From Antedon mediterranea (Eukaryota; Animalia; Echinodermata), in assembly GCF_964355755.1 (NCBI RefSeq), contig NC_092677.1:11120101-11184100 (forward strand): a DNA stretch of 64,000 nucleotides, given 5' to 3'. The notes beneath the pieces are model-generated. The model saw only the letters and a list, made by a program, of their open reading frames with translations. It had not been told where the DNA came from and searched no databases. The position numbers and the translations under genes are program-made. This document shows, piece after piece, positions 1 to 15,000 of this stretch (positions within the stretch are counted from its first letter, which is position 1; each line of letters opens with the position of its first letter).

Positions 1-23
1 ATATTTTTAATTAAAAAATGTAC

Positions 24-3000
24 CTCACGAGCTGCACGTTCACCTGCTTGAACAGCGCCCTCCATGTAGCCTGACCATGCAGTGGCTGTTTCTGTTCCAG
101 CAAAATATACCCTATCAACAGGCTTGTGTATAACCCTGAGGAATAAAATGAAATAAATTATTCAATTCAAGTCCATATTTATTTAGCATGGATCTTGAGA
201 ACTTAAAAATGACAAAATACACAAACATAAAAAAAAAAGTAATGTGGGTTTCATATGTACAATTTTTTATTAAAGAAATAATTTGCATTATTTTGTGTAT
301 GAGATACTAGTTTCTAAGATGTTTGGTATTTGGTATTTATATGTGTCATCAAACTAAGGAAATTTGGATTAGGTCCTCCACGGACCCACGACAAGCAGCA
401 GTGCAGCGCCTACCAGATCAGCACACCGGGAGACGATCCCCTACTCCTTGCGAATAGTGTACCAAGTGAACTAGACTTTATTTGGAAAAATTGACACAAA
501 AAATTAATTCATTTTCAATTCACACCACCAGTAAAAAAGTACTATAAAGTATTGTTGTATCAATTAAAATAAATGTATTTGAAATATTAATATTACTTTT
601 GTGAAAAAAAAAACAGAAAAAAGGTGACATGAACATGGTCATGATTAAACATGACTATCATATTTTTAATTATTATCAAATACATTAATATTTATATAAA
701 AATACTTTATATTATCAGGGCTGGTGAAGGAATTTATCAGAAAACATTGGTAAGTCTCTATACTGACAAAACTAAATACAAATGTTAAGAGCGTATATGC
801 ACCTGTGGTGTCCCTTTGAAGTTCTTTTGTAATTGCTGATATAACTTTTAATTATACATCAACTCAAAACAGCACAATAAATATTTTTATCTAAGAAATC
901 ACCTTTTATTAATAAAGCTATAGCTTAATTATTGTATACATCTTCATACGCCACTACGACCTGAACAAAAGCATCTAATCTAGGCTATCTTGCATCTGGG
1001 GGTAAATTTGGTTACCCCTGGGGAGTAAGGACAGGATATTATAGTGTAGCATCACCCCCTAGGGTATCATCATTGATATAATCATTATTTAACAATGCCT
1101 ATATATTTTTCCAATACTGTCCTGTCAATTACTTGACCCCATAAAATGACCTACTTCTACATAGGGACCTGTTTATTGCTCAAGCTTTTATTAAATTATT
1201 ATATTTAGGTTTTCTGTGCATGATTTGGTTAACATTGCTAATACAATATTGGTAACACATTGTCGATATAAATACTGGAAATTAATAGGTCAATTTATCT
1301 GGGTTCTTAATGGTTTTGATGCTTCCTTGTGACAAACTATCAAACTATAAACTAGTTGGACAAAAAAAGTGTGATGTGCCCAAATATGGTTGTGATATGT
1401 CTAAATATGGTAGTGATATGACATCATCATGTCCATATATGGGCACATCACATTTGTTTGATACTGTCGACAGAGCTTTATTATAAAGCTTTCCATCTAG
1501 CCTATTTTTTAACACAGCACCCATCAAAGAAACCTCTAGGTATATAATAGTACTGTTTTATAATAATTCCAATTATTAGACTTCTCTCTAAATTCCTTCT
1601 CCCACCCCACCCCCCCCCCCCCTTTATAACTGTACAATTGGTGTTTAAACACTGCCCCATTTCTATTACACATAAATAATAAATCTATATAAAATGATAT
1701 TTAATTTTTACCCGTAAAAACAGGCAATATAATTGCAACAATAAAACCATATTCTTAAAAAAAAATATACATTGTGAGGTTATGACATTGGTTAGCCAGT
1801 TCATTGACGTCACTGCAGTTTTATTATAGTCTTAATGTTTTTTGTTATTATCGCTTGGCTTGTATTTTGTGTGATCTATTTTTTTTTTTAATCTATAAAA
1901 AAGGAAAACTGACTTGTGTGATCTGTGTAAGAAAAAAATAAATAAAAAAAGAAAATTTACATATGCTTAGTTTGGAGTATGTGTGATTTAAAGTGTTTTA
2001 ATACATCTAATACATTATTACTATAGTCATGGTTACAACCAGGGCATTTAAACTGGTAAACAACTGGACTTTGATATTTGTTGGGAATACTGTCCTTAAT
2101 CATATGTTAGTGAAGTAGGACATTTTCTTATTCTTCCATAGATTATTATTATCATAACTAATTTTGTAAAAAAAAGATAAATAAACAGATAAATAGTTTT
2201 ATTACAAAATATACAAATATTAAAACAATATACATTAATCACTTTCAAACTTAAAAATTGAAGCTGCAGTGAAGTTTCAGCTATGAGAATATTCTTGTGG
2301 AGAAGATCTGAACCTGGACCCTGGGATTGGTAAGTTCACATATAAAGCACCAAGCTACAGTCATAGTCATATAGTCATAGTCATAGTCATATATACTTTA
2401 TTGTCCATTTAAAAAACAGAAATGTGATTTGAAAACTGGCAAAATACAAAAATATAAAATACAATTTACAAAAACACACACAAAAAGTTAAGAGGCTAAA
2501 AATTGTTAAAATTAGATAAAAATTATTATTATTTAATTATATTATATGATTTATTACAGTGCCACTATTACTATTATGCAGAGATATTATATTAGAATCT
2601 TTCAACACTTCATCATAAACAAATCACAACATATTGAGTCGTGGCAGCTTATGTAGCTAACACTACTTGATCTGAACATGACCATATAAGGGTAACATGA
2701 AAATCCCTTTTAGCTTCAAAGCACCACATAAACAAGTTTCTCCTGATTAAACGATGATGATAATAAAGGTGGCGATCCACCCCATGAGACTACCAATCAG
2801 CAATGAGCTAAAAATCGGTTTCCATGGTGATGTGATACAATGCGATAGATGGTTTATTTTGATGGCATAGGTTAAAATGACCCGACCTTTGCCACCTGAA
2901 AAACATCTATAAATTATGAATGTGATAACAATGGCCAAAATCGCAGTCCATTTAGTAGATGGGGACGAATTTAAGAATGTACAAGCCTTGACCTTTTGTC

Positions 3001-6000
3001 TGTAGTTCAACATCGACCCGCATCATAGGTGTTTTTTCGGTTGTATATTTACTTTAAGTAATAAATCTTTAATTTACACCATCTGTCAAGGGGCTAATCA
3101 GTACATTAAACAACTACATGCTTTGCAATTCATAAATGATGCAAGAAAACCAATTTTAAAATCAATAAGTTAATTTAGCAACACATAAATTAAATTCTCG
3201 TGCCCACTATGGAATCTCTTTGTGTGCGTAAAGATGTAATGTACCTGCATGTAGTGAGCATTATAACAGTTAAAAAAAACATACTTTAAAATTTATGGTA
3301 ATTATATTTTTTCATTTTTTTATAAATGTTATTATTTTATTGTACTAGTGAACCCAGAAAGGCAAATTAAATAAAAAAATTGAGAGAAGAACAGCTAAGT
3401 TAATTAATTCCAGGGTCCTCTTTTAATTTTGGTTATGGTTATTGCATCCTGAATCTTCTTGTGTGTAAATCTATTTCTTTTTTGCCTCACTTATTATGAA
3501 TGTCAATGTCAAAATATATTTCATTTATTCTCACAAATGAAAAATGTATTCCTCATAATTGTCAGTATAGTAGAAACCTTTACTTTTGGACACCCCTATT
3601 CATTCAGGGGACATCTTTATTAAGGGGACACATTCCTATGAAACCAATGAGGGTAAATATGTTCTAACACACTATGGCCAACCTCTATTTAGGGGACACC
3701 CATATCAAGGGAGACACTTTATTGGTCGCAAAGGTCACCTCGTATTTATAGAGGTTCTAATTTTTAGTTAGAAAAATTTAAAAATGATGATAAGGACAAT
3801 GACAATGATTTTTTTTTCCACCTAAATGTAAACTGTTTTTACAGTACCTTTTTTTTCTTATTATACTGTTTATTCTATGGATATGAAGTCTTAAATAAAG
3901 AGAAATGAATGAATGTGATGTGCCCATATATGGACACGATGATGTCATAACACTACCATATTAGCACATCACTTTTTTTTGTCAAACTAGTTTGATAGTG
4001 TAGACAGAGCATTATAATATGCATATCGTCTTGAATGAATGAATAAGACAAATAACTAATATGAACAGTGATAATTGATCTTCCTGAGTTGAATATACAA
4101 CACTGAACTTAAAATGCATCACGAGAATTCAGATTTTTCACTTGCTAATGTGATTGACCTAAAAATTATAGATAGATAGTTGTAATAAAACAGAAGCATT
4201 TCTCTAACGACCTACGTGTATTATCTTAAACACTAAAATTGATTCTGATAATGAGAGGTAAACAACGTCATTGACGCCATTAGGAGAGACACTTGTTAAA
4301 AGGTACTGATAGCGGAGGGTGACATGTTTATGTAGAGCATGGTAATGACTTGGATTGGGGTGAAGAAGATAAGGCTGTTACAATTGGTGTGAGGCTTAAT
4401 TACTTACGGAGGTGGTATTCTATGTGAAAAAATGTCTGATTATCATTATACCTAAATCTTTTCTAAATCTGGTCTATATCTCACTTAACTACTAGGCTTT
4501 CTATTTGTAACCCTTAACCTACATTTTATAGGAAACTTTCACCAACAAACAATTTTCCTTTTCGATCTGAAGAATATTGTAAATTTGGGAGAGTTTCTGG
4601 TTTTCATGGAGTCTGATTTTGAGATAGTTGAATGTTCATTATTAGCATATGTCTAGTGGAAATAACCCCTACTCTTCTTTGTATTTTTTTTCTAATCATT
4701 TCCAATGCACACATTTCAACACCACCTTCTGTATGGATGATCAAAAAATAGTGAGACAGTTTGCTGCTGTCCTAGTAGCCTATATCATCGACTGGCAGGT
4801 CACACAAATAAATGTAAATCAAATAGTGTTGACAAGAAATAGATCACTGTCTATCAAACAGGTACTTAAGATTTACAACAATGATAACTAACAATTAGAC
4901 AGGTGAACACAAACAACATGTAAACATACAGGTGATGGCACTAGTGACAAACATGCCACCAACACTACAGTACTATTAGGCCGATGATGTTTGCAAAACA
5001 AATTTGTTTATAGCACTTTCGCAGCTGAAGAAAAGCAGGGGCGGATCCAGCATTATAGATTAGGGGGGACTAAATATTTCATAAATGATAAAAATGATCC
5101 GTCAGGTTGCAGAAAAATAATAATAGTCATTATTTTATTTGTAAAAGTTAATTTTAGGTTTAGGTGGGGGGGGGGGGAGGCTAAAGCCTGTTTAGCCCCG
5201 CCTAAATCTGCGCCTGAAAAGTGATGTCGGTAAAAAACTACAGTAATTCATCTTTGGGGACACCACAGTGGAACACATCTATTAAGGGAACACCCTTTGA
5301 ATAAACCGGTTTCTCATTAATGTTTCTGGTTGGTTATGTAATGATGACCATTATCCACATAGAGTCAGCACCTTCTGAGGTAAAATCAATCTGAAACCGT
5401 GATTGCGTTACAGCTAAAAATCAAGGCCGGAAAAAATTGTGGTGTTTGAAACTTACGATCATTTTTGGCGATTATTATTTTCGTGTGTGTGCGTGAACCC
5501 ATTTTTGCAGACAAGAAAATAACACTTTTAAAACTGTATTTCCCTGCTCAATAGAAAAAGTAAAAATCAACATATATACTTGGGCCACCATAAACGTAAG
5601 GAAACTAAAATATAAACAGAAGATAAGAACTCAATGTCATCAGGAACTAATGAATAGAAAACATGGAAAACAGAATGATTAAGATAAGGTAACAGGAAAA
5701 CTATAAAATATAACGTTTAATTAACTCGAATAGTTTAGTTAAGGAAACAATAAAACCAGACGGTGTGAGTAAAATGCAGGGCCGCAGCCATCATGAGGCA
5801 GACAAGGTGCTCATCTCGTCTGAAATTTTCAGTTTTCACCACCTACCCCAAATCCCCAGCACAGCTTATCATATTTTATGTTATTCATTATATTTAAAGC
5901 ATCTTTGCCTTGTCTGTTTTTACCTCGCTACAGCCTTGAATGAATCTAAAATAAAGCTTCACATTTTTTAACAGCGAGGAAAAGATATATATGATATATA

Positions 6001-9000
6001 TATATACCAATGAAACTAAAAAATATAGAGAAAATAGATACAACCCTCACCTAATAAAATTAAAAAGAGAAATACATTTCTTAAAAATTGTATTATATTG
6101 TTTTATACATTACTGTAATTCCTGTGAATTTCAATTTTGTTTAAACTAGATAATGAATTGTTTTATGTGTCAAAATATATCGTTACATAACAGCTCCTCC
6201 TCTATCCTTCTCTGGGAATTAAACGACAAATGAAAACCTGCTTGTCACAGGTCCTACAATATTAATGTTTTATGAATTAATTGAGAAAAAGAAAAAAAAA
6301 ATATTATGACCCTAAAATTATAAAATTTCAACATAGTTTGGCTTTGCAATGAAATGATGACCAAATTGAATAATGTGTAATCTAAATACAAATTCAATGT
6401 ACTAATGTTGTTAAAATAGTATCAGTAAATGTATTGTTGATTTTAAAATACAGTAATAATATAACAAATAGTAACAATTGAGTATTAATAAAAATTGCAT
6501 TCAAAAAGCGAAGATTTAGTAATAAGTAGGATGTATTCTGCCTTTGTAACAGTGTGAGAATAATAACTAAAGAAAACAAAGAAAAATAAAAGCCAAGGTC
6601 AGGGATAGATATTAATATCATAAACACATGCTTAATATCAACTAAAAAACTTCAATACAATGACCCTGATTGAAAATTAAATTAAGATAAAAAAGGGCGA
6701 CCCGCTTTTCTTTAAGAAGCTTTTTCAGATAAAAACTGATTGGCAGGAGTTATGTTTGTTTAGCCAATCATAACAATATGATTTAATTGTACTAAGTGTT
6801 GTGTCTCATGTCATTGTTTTAATAACTTGGTAAACACATTTTATGGTCAGCTCCTCCCACTCTTCTTAACACTAGAGGGCAGAAGACATCTTTTGGAAAA
6901 GGTGTTTTAAGAAAACAAAAAATACAAATTTAAAAATTTGTATTTTTTGTTTTCTTATAGCCTACTTAAAATATATATTATATAATAAGGGCTATTGTTG
7001 CCCGGAAGCTCTGCTAACTTTTCTGGATGTTTTACTTTATCGTTTTGATTTAGCTTCTCGCTTTTTTTTGTATCTCCATTGAAATCCAGCCACTGATACC
7101 CACAGTATTGTCATTTTTTTCAGTATTTTGCTTTTGGATTTATATATAATATATATATAATACATAGTCAGTTTGGTTTAGATATTTTAAAGCAAGTGTG
7201 TACATTGGATTAGTTTAAATTAAAAAAGAAATTATCAGCAAGCGTAGTGGGGCTGTAGATTGGTGGTTAACATGCTTGCCTTTCCATTCTAAAGGTCCAG
7301 GGTTTAATCTTGACCTAGTTGTAACTCACAACTCCTCTCCCTAAGCCTCATATGAGAGCAAAATAAATAAATGTTAAAAATAGTTCATCCATCCTGTAAT
7401 TTGTGAGTTATCTTGTTGTTGGATGTGGTATTTAAAAAAAAGAAAATTCTTTAAAAAGAAAAAAAAAATTTTTTTTTTTAAAAGTTTCGTGTTTTGTGAA
7501 GACATTTCGAAACAGAATCTGTGTCATGGCTGGTGATGCTCTTGTCTGTAAAAGTCTAGGCAAAAAGTTTTATTTATCTAACATTTTAACAACACAAAAA
7601 CAAGACAATTTAAAGTTATTCTTACTTTCCGTATGAAGTTAGAACCCCTGGTGGCGTGGCACCCATGTAACAGCCTCCTGAAAACTCCTCCTCCATCCAG
7701 TTATGTTCAATGTAATCAACAGGCTACAAAAAAACATTTCAAATCATAAACTCTAATACAAATCTGTACAAGATTTCAAAAGTTTAAAATATAATTAATT
7801 AAGTTCTTACCATTATATTGTATTAGTCTCCCTTGAATAGAGGTATATCCCAAAGGAGGAGTCCTACTGTATTTGTTGAAGGAGTGTGGGAGGGTTGTTA
7901 TACTAACTACAGTAGAACCATTCATTGGAATATTATAGGGAAACTTTCCCATGACATGAACGAGGAGAAATATATGTTCTCTATAACCAACCCTTTGGGG
8001 ACACCTCTATCAAGGGGAAACTTGTCCTGACTGTGTCCCTACCAACCCTTAAGGGGACACCTCTATCAAGGGGAAACTTGTCCTGACTGTGTCCCTACCA
8101 ACCCTTAAGGGGACACCTCTATCAAGGGAGAACTTGTCCTGACGGTGTCCCTACCAACCCTTAAGGGGACACCTCTATCAAGGGGAAACTTGTCCTGACG
8201 GTGTCCCCTTAATAGGGGTTCTACTATATATGCATATTTTAAACTAAATAATGTAAGAATGTTCTTATGCACTATGCACTATTAATTATTACTTGTAATT
8301 AATCAATTATTGGATATGCAGTTGTAAACAAGTGTAATTTTAGGGTTTTCTTAAATAGTGCTTCTGTAGTTACACACAGGAGTGGATTGAAAGAGTGTGA
8401 GGTGGTGGTCTTGTGTAAAGTATATTGTCTCAACCAATCTGACACTGACTAAAAAAACCTGAGGTGGTTCAACCATAATTTTGGAAAGTTGGTCTGATAG
8501 ATAGTGCAAACCTACAATCTGAAGAATGTTATTCACTTTATAGCGTTTAGTCCATTCATATACCCTTTTCACATCTACATAAATTGTTACAACGTGTAAC
8601 AAGTTGTAACCAGGTTTGATCTACACGCTTTCACACATGCATACGCGAACCATTAGAAATCTCAGGAGAAATAGTTGCACACAATTTGATTGCTATGATT
8701 GGTCAGTATCAGGGCAATACACGCATATGCAGTAACTCGGGACATCTCGGGACAAAAACAGGCCTTTTATCAGTGTGTTTTACAAGGGACCCCGGGAAAT
8801 CTCGGGAGATTTTTCACAAAATTGTCATTACACTATGCAAACCTGTTACAAGTTATATTTTTCAGGTGTGAAAGGGTAATAGTCAATATACTTACGTGTA
8901 AGGCTTTCTCTGAATTGAACGCTTTACAGTAATACTGAACAACTCTTTCTTTTCTATAATAGCAAACAAAAAAAATAGTCAAAGATATATAGTTCCAAAT

Positions 9001-12000
9001 CAACATATTTCATACATGTATGTATGTATATTTCATGTATGTATTCAATTTTAACAATATCACTGGATATAAACAAGGCCAACAGCCATTCGCGTGCTAC
9101 AATGCATAGTGATACCGGACCGACAGACCGACCGACATAGTGAACTAAAAGCAAAGAGTGCGCAATAATATTTAACGCGCAGTGCGCGCGCAAAAATATG
9201 CGCATTCATGGCAATTTTGTAAACGCTTAAAATTGCCTGAAACGTACTCTTATTTCATCGAAAATAAATTTTGAAAATTTTAAGCGCGCGTACGCATGCG
9301 TTGCATGCGCTACGCACGTAATTGTATTGCCATATGATGATTTATGCCCTGAAATTTATGAGTACCAAATTTTATTTAATTGTGATTCATGGTTGTGAAG
9401 ATATGATTACAAACGTGATTTTGTTAAATCGTGCGTAGACCGCGTAATTTTGTATTGCGCACCGTGAAAACATAACCACATTGATTCCTGGCCATAAGGA
9501 ATATACTGTGAAAAATTGACCTAGCTAGATTAAACTGATATCAAGATAAGGTCAGAAAGCGATAAAACGCATAGTGATACCGGACCGACAGACCGACAGA
9601 CCGACCGACATAGTGAACTATAGAGTCGCTTCCACGCGACTAAAAACATCATAGGTTAAATATATGAATTACATACCTTTCTTCTTTAGTTAAATGACAA
9701 ACTTCTCTGGCCCGTTGACCATTAATAAATCTGTATGTAGGAGGAATACAAATAACATATGAAATTCTTTAATCAAATACCTGTATAGCTTTATATAATA
9801 TGTATGTTTTGCTATAGAGGAATCGATTTATTATCTGTATTTGTCACTAATGGTATTGTAATTTTTTTAACATTTTGTTTTAAAGTTCTGATGTCGATGT
9901 TACTTAACATGTTTGCATGAACTGGGGTCACTTACCCCATAATAGCTGGGTATGACCCATCTGGTTTTGTATCATCTTGTGTGCCACCAACAATGTCATC
10001 AGATAGAGCAATACCACAATAATCTGCAATTGTAATAACAATATCCTAGATTTATAAAGCACTTACAGTAATGTGTGAAACTGCTAAGCGCTGTACATAT
10101 TATTACCCTGGTACAGAAACATACTTCCATGCTAGCCAGCGTAAAGTTGTGTCTTGACCTTACCAGGCACGGATATTTGTTTTCGTGAGTTGTGGAAACG
10201 TCACAAAATAAACATGAATATTCATTAGTCATATCCATAAAGGTGTGATGTAAGAATTGAGCTAACTACAATTCGCTAACGAAAACTCTTTCCATCGAGC
10301 CGTCTGTGTGTAATGGTTTAGACAATAGAATATGCATGTCAATGTATGAGGTTCGAATCCCAACTTTTTTTTAACTTTATAGTGATATTATTTAGAGGGT
10401 TATAAGTTATATTTTCACATAAGAAGCCTCCAATTTATGTTCGAAAAAAAAATCGCTACCAGGCAGCAAGCAAGAGGCAAACGTTGAATTCAAACCCACA
10501 CTCTCACAATCAGTAGTCCAAGGTCCATCTCCAGTTTTCATCTCTAAAGATTCCTGTGTCGAAAAGCTGCCATCAAATGGGGTTCATTCATTTGTCCACA
10601 ATTAAGTGGCTGAAATGGACTAGAACAAGAATAAACATGGTTTTAAACCAAAAAGCTTGAACTATGGTCGAGGAGTGCCTACAATTTTGAACATGGATAT
10701 CAACTTACCAAGATTTCTCCACCATGTTGTGTCATAGTACATTATTGTCTTGATACATGAACCCATTGGCATTCTTTGAATTAGCTGCAAAATAGAAGAA
10801 TGTACAAGGTGAAAAAAATGTGATACAGATTTATGGTAATCATTATAGTATGGTCTTTGCACAACTTTTGTGATCACCCACAGGGGTTGTTAGTTTAAAG
10901 GTTACAGAGGTCCAAACTTGAAAAATAAAATAAATATCGGGAGACTTTATAAAGAGTGGTCAAATGATATAGGGCACTTTTATAACCATTTCGGCATTAG
11001 CTTCAGCAATGGGTACGCCAGGTGCTTTTGAAGCGCGGCATATGCCCACACGCATTGTGGAAAATAAGTCACCAATTTTCTTTTTGAGATTTTCAGATAT
11101 TGCGCCTTGCCTTTGTTAATGGTAACAGTAAATCTCCACTGTCCTTTTCAGATATTCTGCCTTGCTTTTTTAATGGTAATACAGTTAGTAAATCTCACCT
11201 GGTTTCTAAGTGCTGGTAATGGTGGGTTAAATGAGATCCTTCCAATTATTGCTTGGGGTACAGCACTGATTACATATGATGCCTACAAAACAAAAGATGA
11301 TGTTATTAACTATCTTACTCTTAGTAAAATTCACCAAATCTCTGCGTGTCTGTCCGACTTTATTCAGAAACTTGGGGTCCCCAATTTTAAACTTGGTAGG
11401 TGGGTACAGCTTGGTATAAGAATGTTTGAAATTGTGTTTATTAGGTCATCAAGGTCAAAGATCAATTTCAAATCTCAAAATTGTAGGTACATGTAGGCCT
11501 AATATAATTATCTATATTTACAAAAATGCACTGATGAAGGGCTAGTGTTGCCCGAAAGCTCTACTAACTTTTCTGGCTGTTTACTTTATCGTTTTGATTT
11601 AGCTTTTTGCTTTTTATTTTTGTATCTCCATTGAGATCCAGCCACTGATACCCACAGCATTGTCATTTTTTTCAGTAATTTGCCTTTGGATTTACAAAAA
11701 TGATATATATAAACACAACAGGCACAGAACATGAATTCTAAACCGCCCGGTGATATACTAAAATTTAATTAGTTAATTTGAAACGATAAAGATGAGAAAA
11801 TCTGTGGGAATGAAAAAAAGTCCATATTTATATACTTTAACATTTTCTTAATTCGATTGGGTATTTATAACATTTATAAACCTGATATATTTCTCCAGAT
11901 TTAACAGTAACCATAATAATATCATCTTTTGATTGGTCAATCTTATTTACAGGATTTGATAAAAGAACACGATCTGAAATAAAAAATATAAGAATTAGTT

Positions 12001-15000
12001 GTAACATTAAAAATATTTGACTTATTTTTCAATAAAAGAATTGTAAATTGAAATGTTTTTGAAATTTTTAAGCAATAATTTTAGATTTTTAAGATGTTTT
12101 AAAATTATGTTATGCTAAAAATGATGCTGTGCAAAATCTTAATTATCCATTTATTGAGTGTTTTAAGGTTAAAGTTCAAATACATACTGCCTAATCTTTC
12201 AGCAATCTTTTGACTAATTAGTTGTGATCCTCCAATCATTTTCCTTTCTTGTCCGCCGTTGGAAGTACTGATGAAGCGAAGAAGACCTGTAAGCAATACA
12301 AATACATTAAATTTTCCTTTCATCATATAACCTAGGAAAATGCACTTCATTTTCTTATAGTTATTTGCGTACAAAAAGATTGTTAGATTGTTTAGTATTT
12401 ACAATATATGAATGTTATTATGTAAAAAAAAATATTAGTAAAATTAGTTAAGAGCCCAATATTAATAATCTCTTAAAAATAGATCAAAAAGTAATTCATA
12501 ATTTTATTTTAGCTGTTAAAAGGAAAGACCATGCTCCTACTCCTCTGGATTCACCCAAGGAAGCCTTTCTGATCAGTTAAAAACTTTTATTATCTGATTT
12601 GGTATAATAAGAGGTCTTTGTGTAAACACTTTTATTTGTTAATTCTTTTTCCATAACTTATTGATGAAATTGTACATTATCTAATTTTCATGGAATAAAA
12701 TTTGTTTTGATTGATTGTTAAGACACACCTCCACCACATTTAATATACCACAGAAAGTACAGAAATGACAGGTCCCTAGGCTCTGTTGCAAAGGCCAATC
12801 GTACAAACATCGTCGTCACTTCCTTAGTAAAGCTACACCAACAGTTTTTATCCATCCAATTCTCTACACTCAGATTATCATATTCCAATGCATGTGCACA
12901 CTTCCATGGTGCCTCCAATGGAATCTGAAAAAATATATAAATGAAAGCACTCAGAAGCTGAGTGAATTACTTGGCAAAATGTATGGCAAAACTATATTCG
13001 GCGAGAGAGGGCTCACTGCTTAATATTTCGATCCATGTTAAAAGAATACAGAGGGTGTGTTATTTCTTATAGAAAGATACAGGTAGGTAAGATTTTAATA
13101 AAGTCTTTCTAATCTTTCAAAAATGTGTAAATCTGTGGATTGTGTCAATCATGGTATCTGTGATAGCGTTAAGTCTGCCCTTTTTCACAATGATTTTGAC
13201 ACCTTATAACTTGTTAAAACCATTTTGATTCGTGTGAATCTTCATTCTGATGTGTTTATTTTTGCTGTACAGTTTTTATATGTTTCTCCTAAGGAAAGTG
13301 AATCAATTTGAATTTGAATAATAAGCTTTTGTGACCTGATCAATATATATATATTTTCAAGTGATTGTAAAACAAGTCTTCTCAGAACTAGAGGTACAGT
13401 ATACTCTTCTGTGTTGTGTGGACTAAAGAATCCAGTTTATCTTTCGGAAGAGTAAGGCGTTACACTGGTGTTCTGGTTCATCTCAGCCACTGTTTTTATT
13501 TTAGTTTTATTTCAACAATATTTTACAAGGGTGGTCCATCTAGCCTTCGAAGCTGATCAGGGTGGTCATTATGGACTGACGTCTGGTGCTAGTTGGTGGC
13601 AGATGTTTGACACAAAGCGAGTACCCTTAGGGGAGAGAAAACTTGTTGTCTACACCATATTGTCAGTAAGTCAGCCCAAAAGACTATGAGTCACAGGTTA
13701 TCCTCATACATTTACTAACCTCTTTTGCAAGTTCATCAAATAACCTCCAGTTACTGATGTAGTCCATGACCAAAAATGGGTTGTGGATACTTGGCAAAGA
13801 CCCTCGGAACGTCCGTACTTTGTCCTGTAATACAAAAATGAGAACAAAGTGAATTTCATTTCATTAATTGTTAAGAATAAATTGGAACTGGAGTATACAA
13901 TTTCATAAAGCTCTGTCTACACTATAAAACTAGTTTGATAAAATATGTGCCCAAATATGGTAGTGAAATGGCCAAACATGGTAATAATATTTCATCATCT
14001 TGTCCAAATATGGGCACATCATATGTTGTTGTCACATAAAGTGTGATAGGGTAGACAGGGCTTTAAGCAAAACAAAATTGTAAAAAATATATGCCAACAG
14101 CTTAGGAATCAACTATGGTTGGTACGATATGTTCAATTTGGTTTTCACTTTTTGTGAAGTGGAACATCATAGTTCTTAATTGTAAGAAAGAGCAACAGAG
14201 ATCAGCATGAGTCCACAATAAAGCTTGGTACCATACTTAATATATACATGGATTTGGCTGATCAAAGTTAACACAGGTCAGCTATATTCATCAGATCAAG
14301 CATATATTCTGTTTAGGATTGTCTGAGCACATGGGATTACAGAATGCTTATAAATACAGTACATTTTTTTTCTAAATTAGAAATTAAAAAGCAGATTTGT
14401 ATAAAATTGTACCTTCAGCAGCAATATACTTTTTTCTTCTTCGTTAACCTTGTAGTTACCAACCCCAAGTTCTTTTCCGAGACGTATGATTCTGTTCTGT
14501 GTCGGGCCAATGTAGGACCCACCTACATCAACATACTTCGTTTTGGATTCCTGTTACAGATAAACAAGGTATCAAATAAGGTATCATTTCAGCTGTTGCT
14601 ATTTTTTTAAAGCAATAATCTAAACAAATTAAATAAACCAAAAACTAAGTGAAATATTTTGAAAAATGCAGAGAGCAACAGAGGTACGATATTTAATATT
14701 TCGACCCATATTATTGTGGACAGACATATAAACGCCGTTTGGTGGCAGCACTCAACATAGGAGAGAAGAAAGTTATGGTATGTGTTGTCCACATCTGTGT
14801 TCAGTTCAGCTCAGTTAGGCTGTAAAACACAGGTTTATTCCTCCCACATATACATTTACACATTGAAGATAAAGATAACTCAAGATTTTAATAAGATTTT
14901 GTGTTGTCATATATAAATTAACTAAAATGATAGGCCTGTATACCTTCAGGGTGTATGTACGACCTCCGACTCGATCTCTTGCTTCTAATACCAGAACATC

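Noticed and set aside
1345-1527. Short ORFs overlapping MITE copies (also 59138-59374)
   Set aside because: Translations derive from non-coding MITE sequence.
2747-3013. 88-aa hydrophobic minus-strand ORF with a splice acceptor at ~2895, considered as an alternative MAO membrane-anchor exon
   Set aside because: The upstream MAO exon ends in phase 2, which would not read the hydrophobic frame; no recognisable homology.
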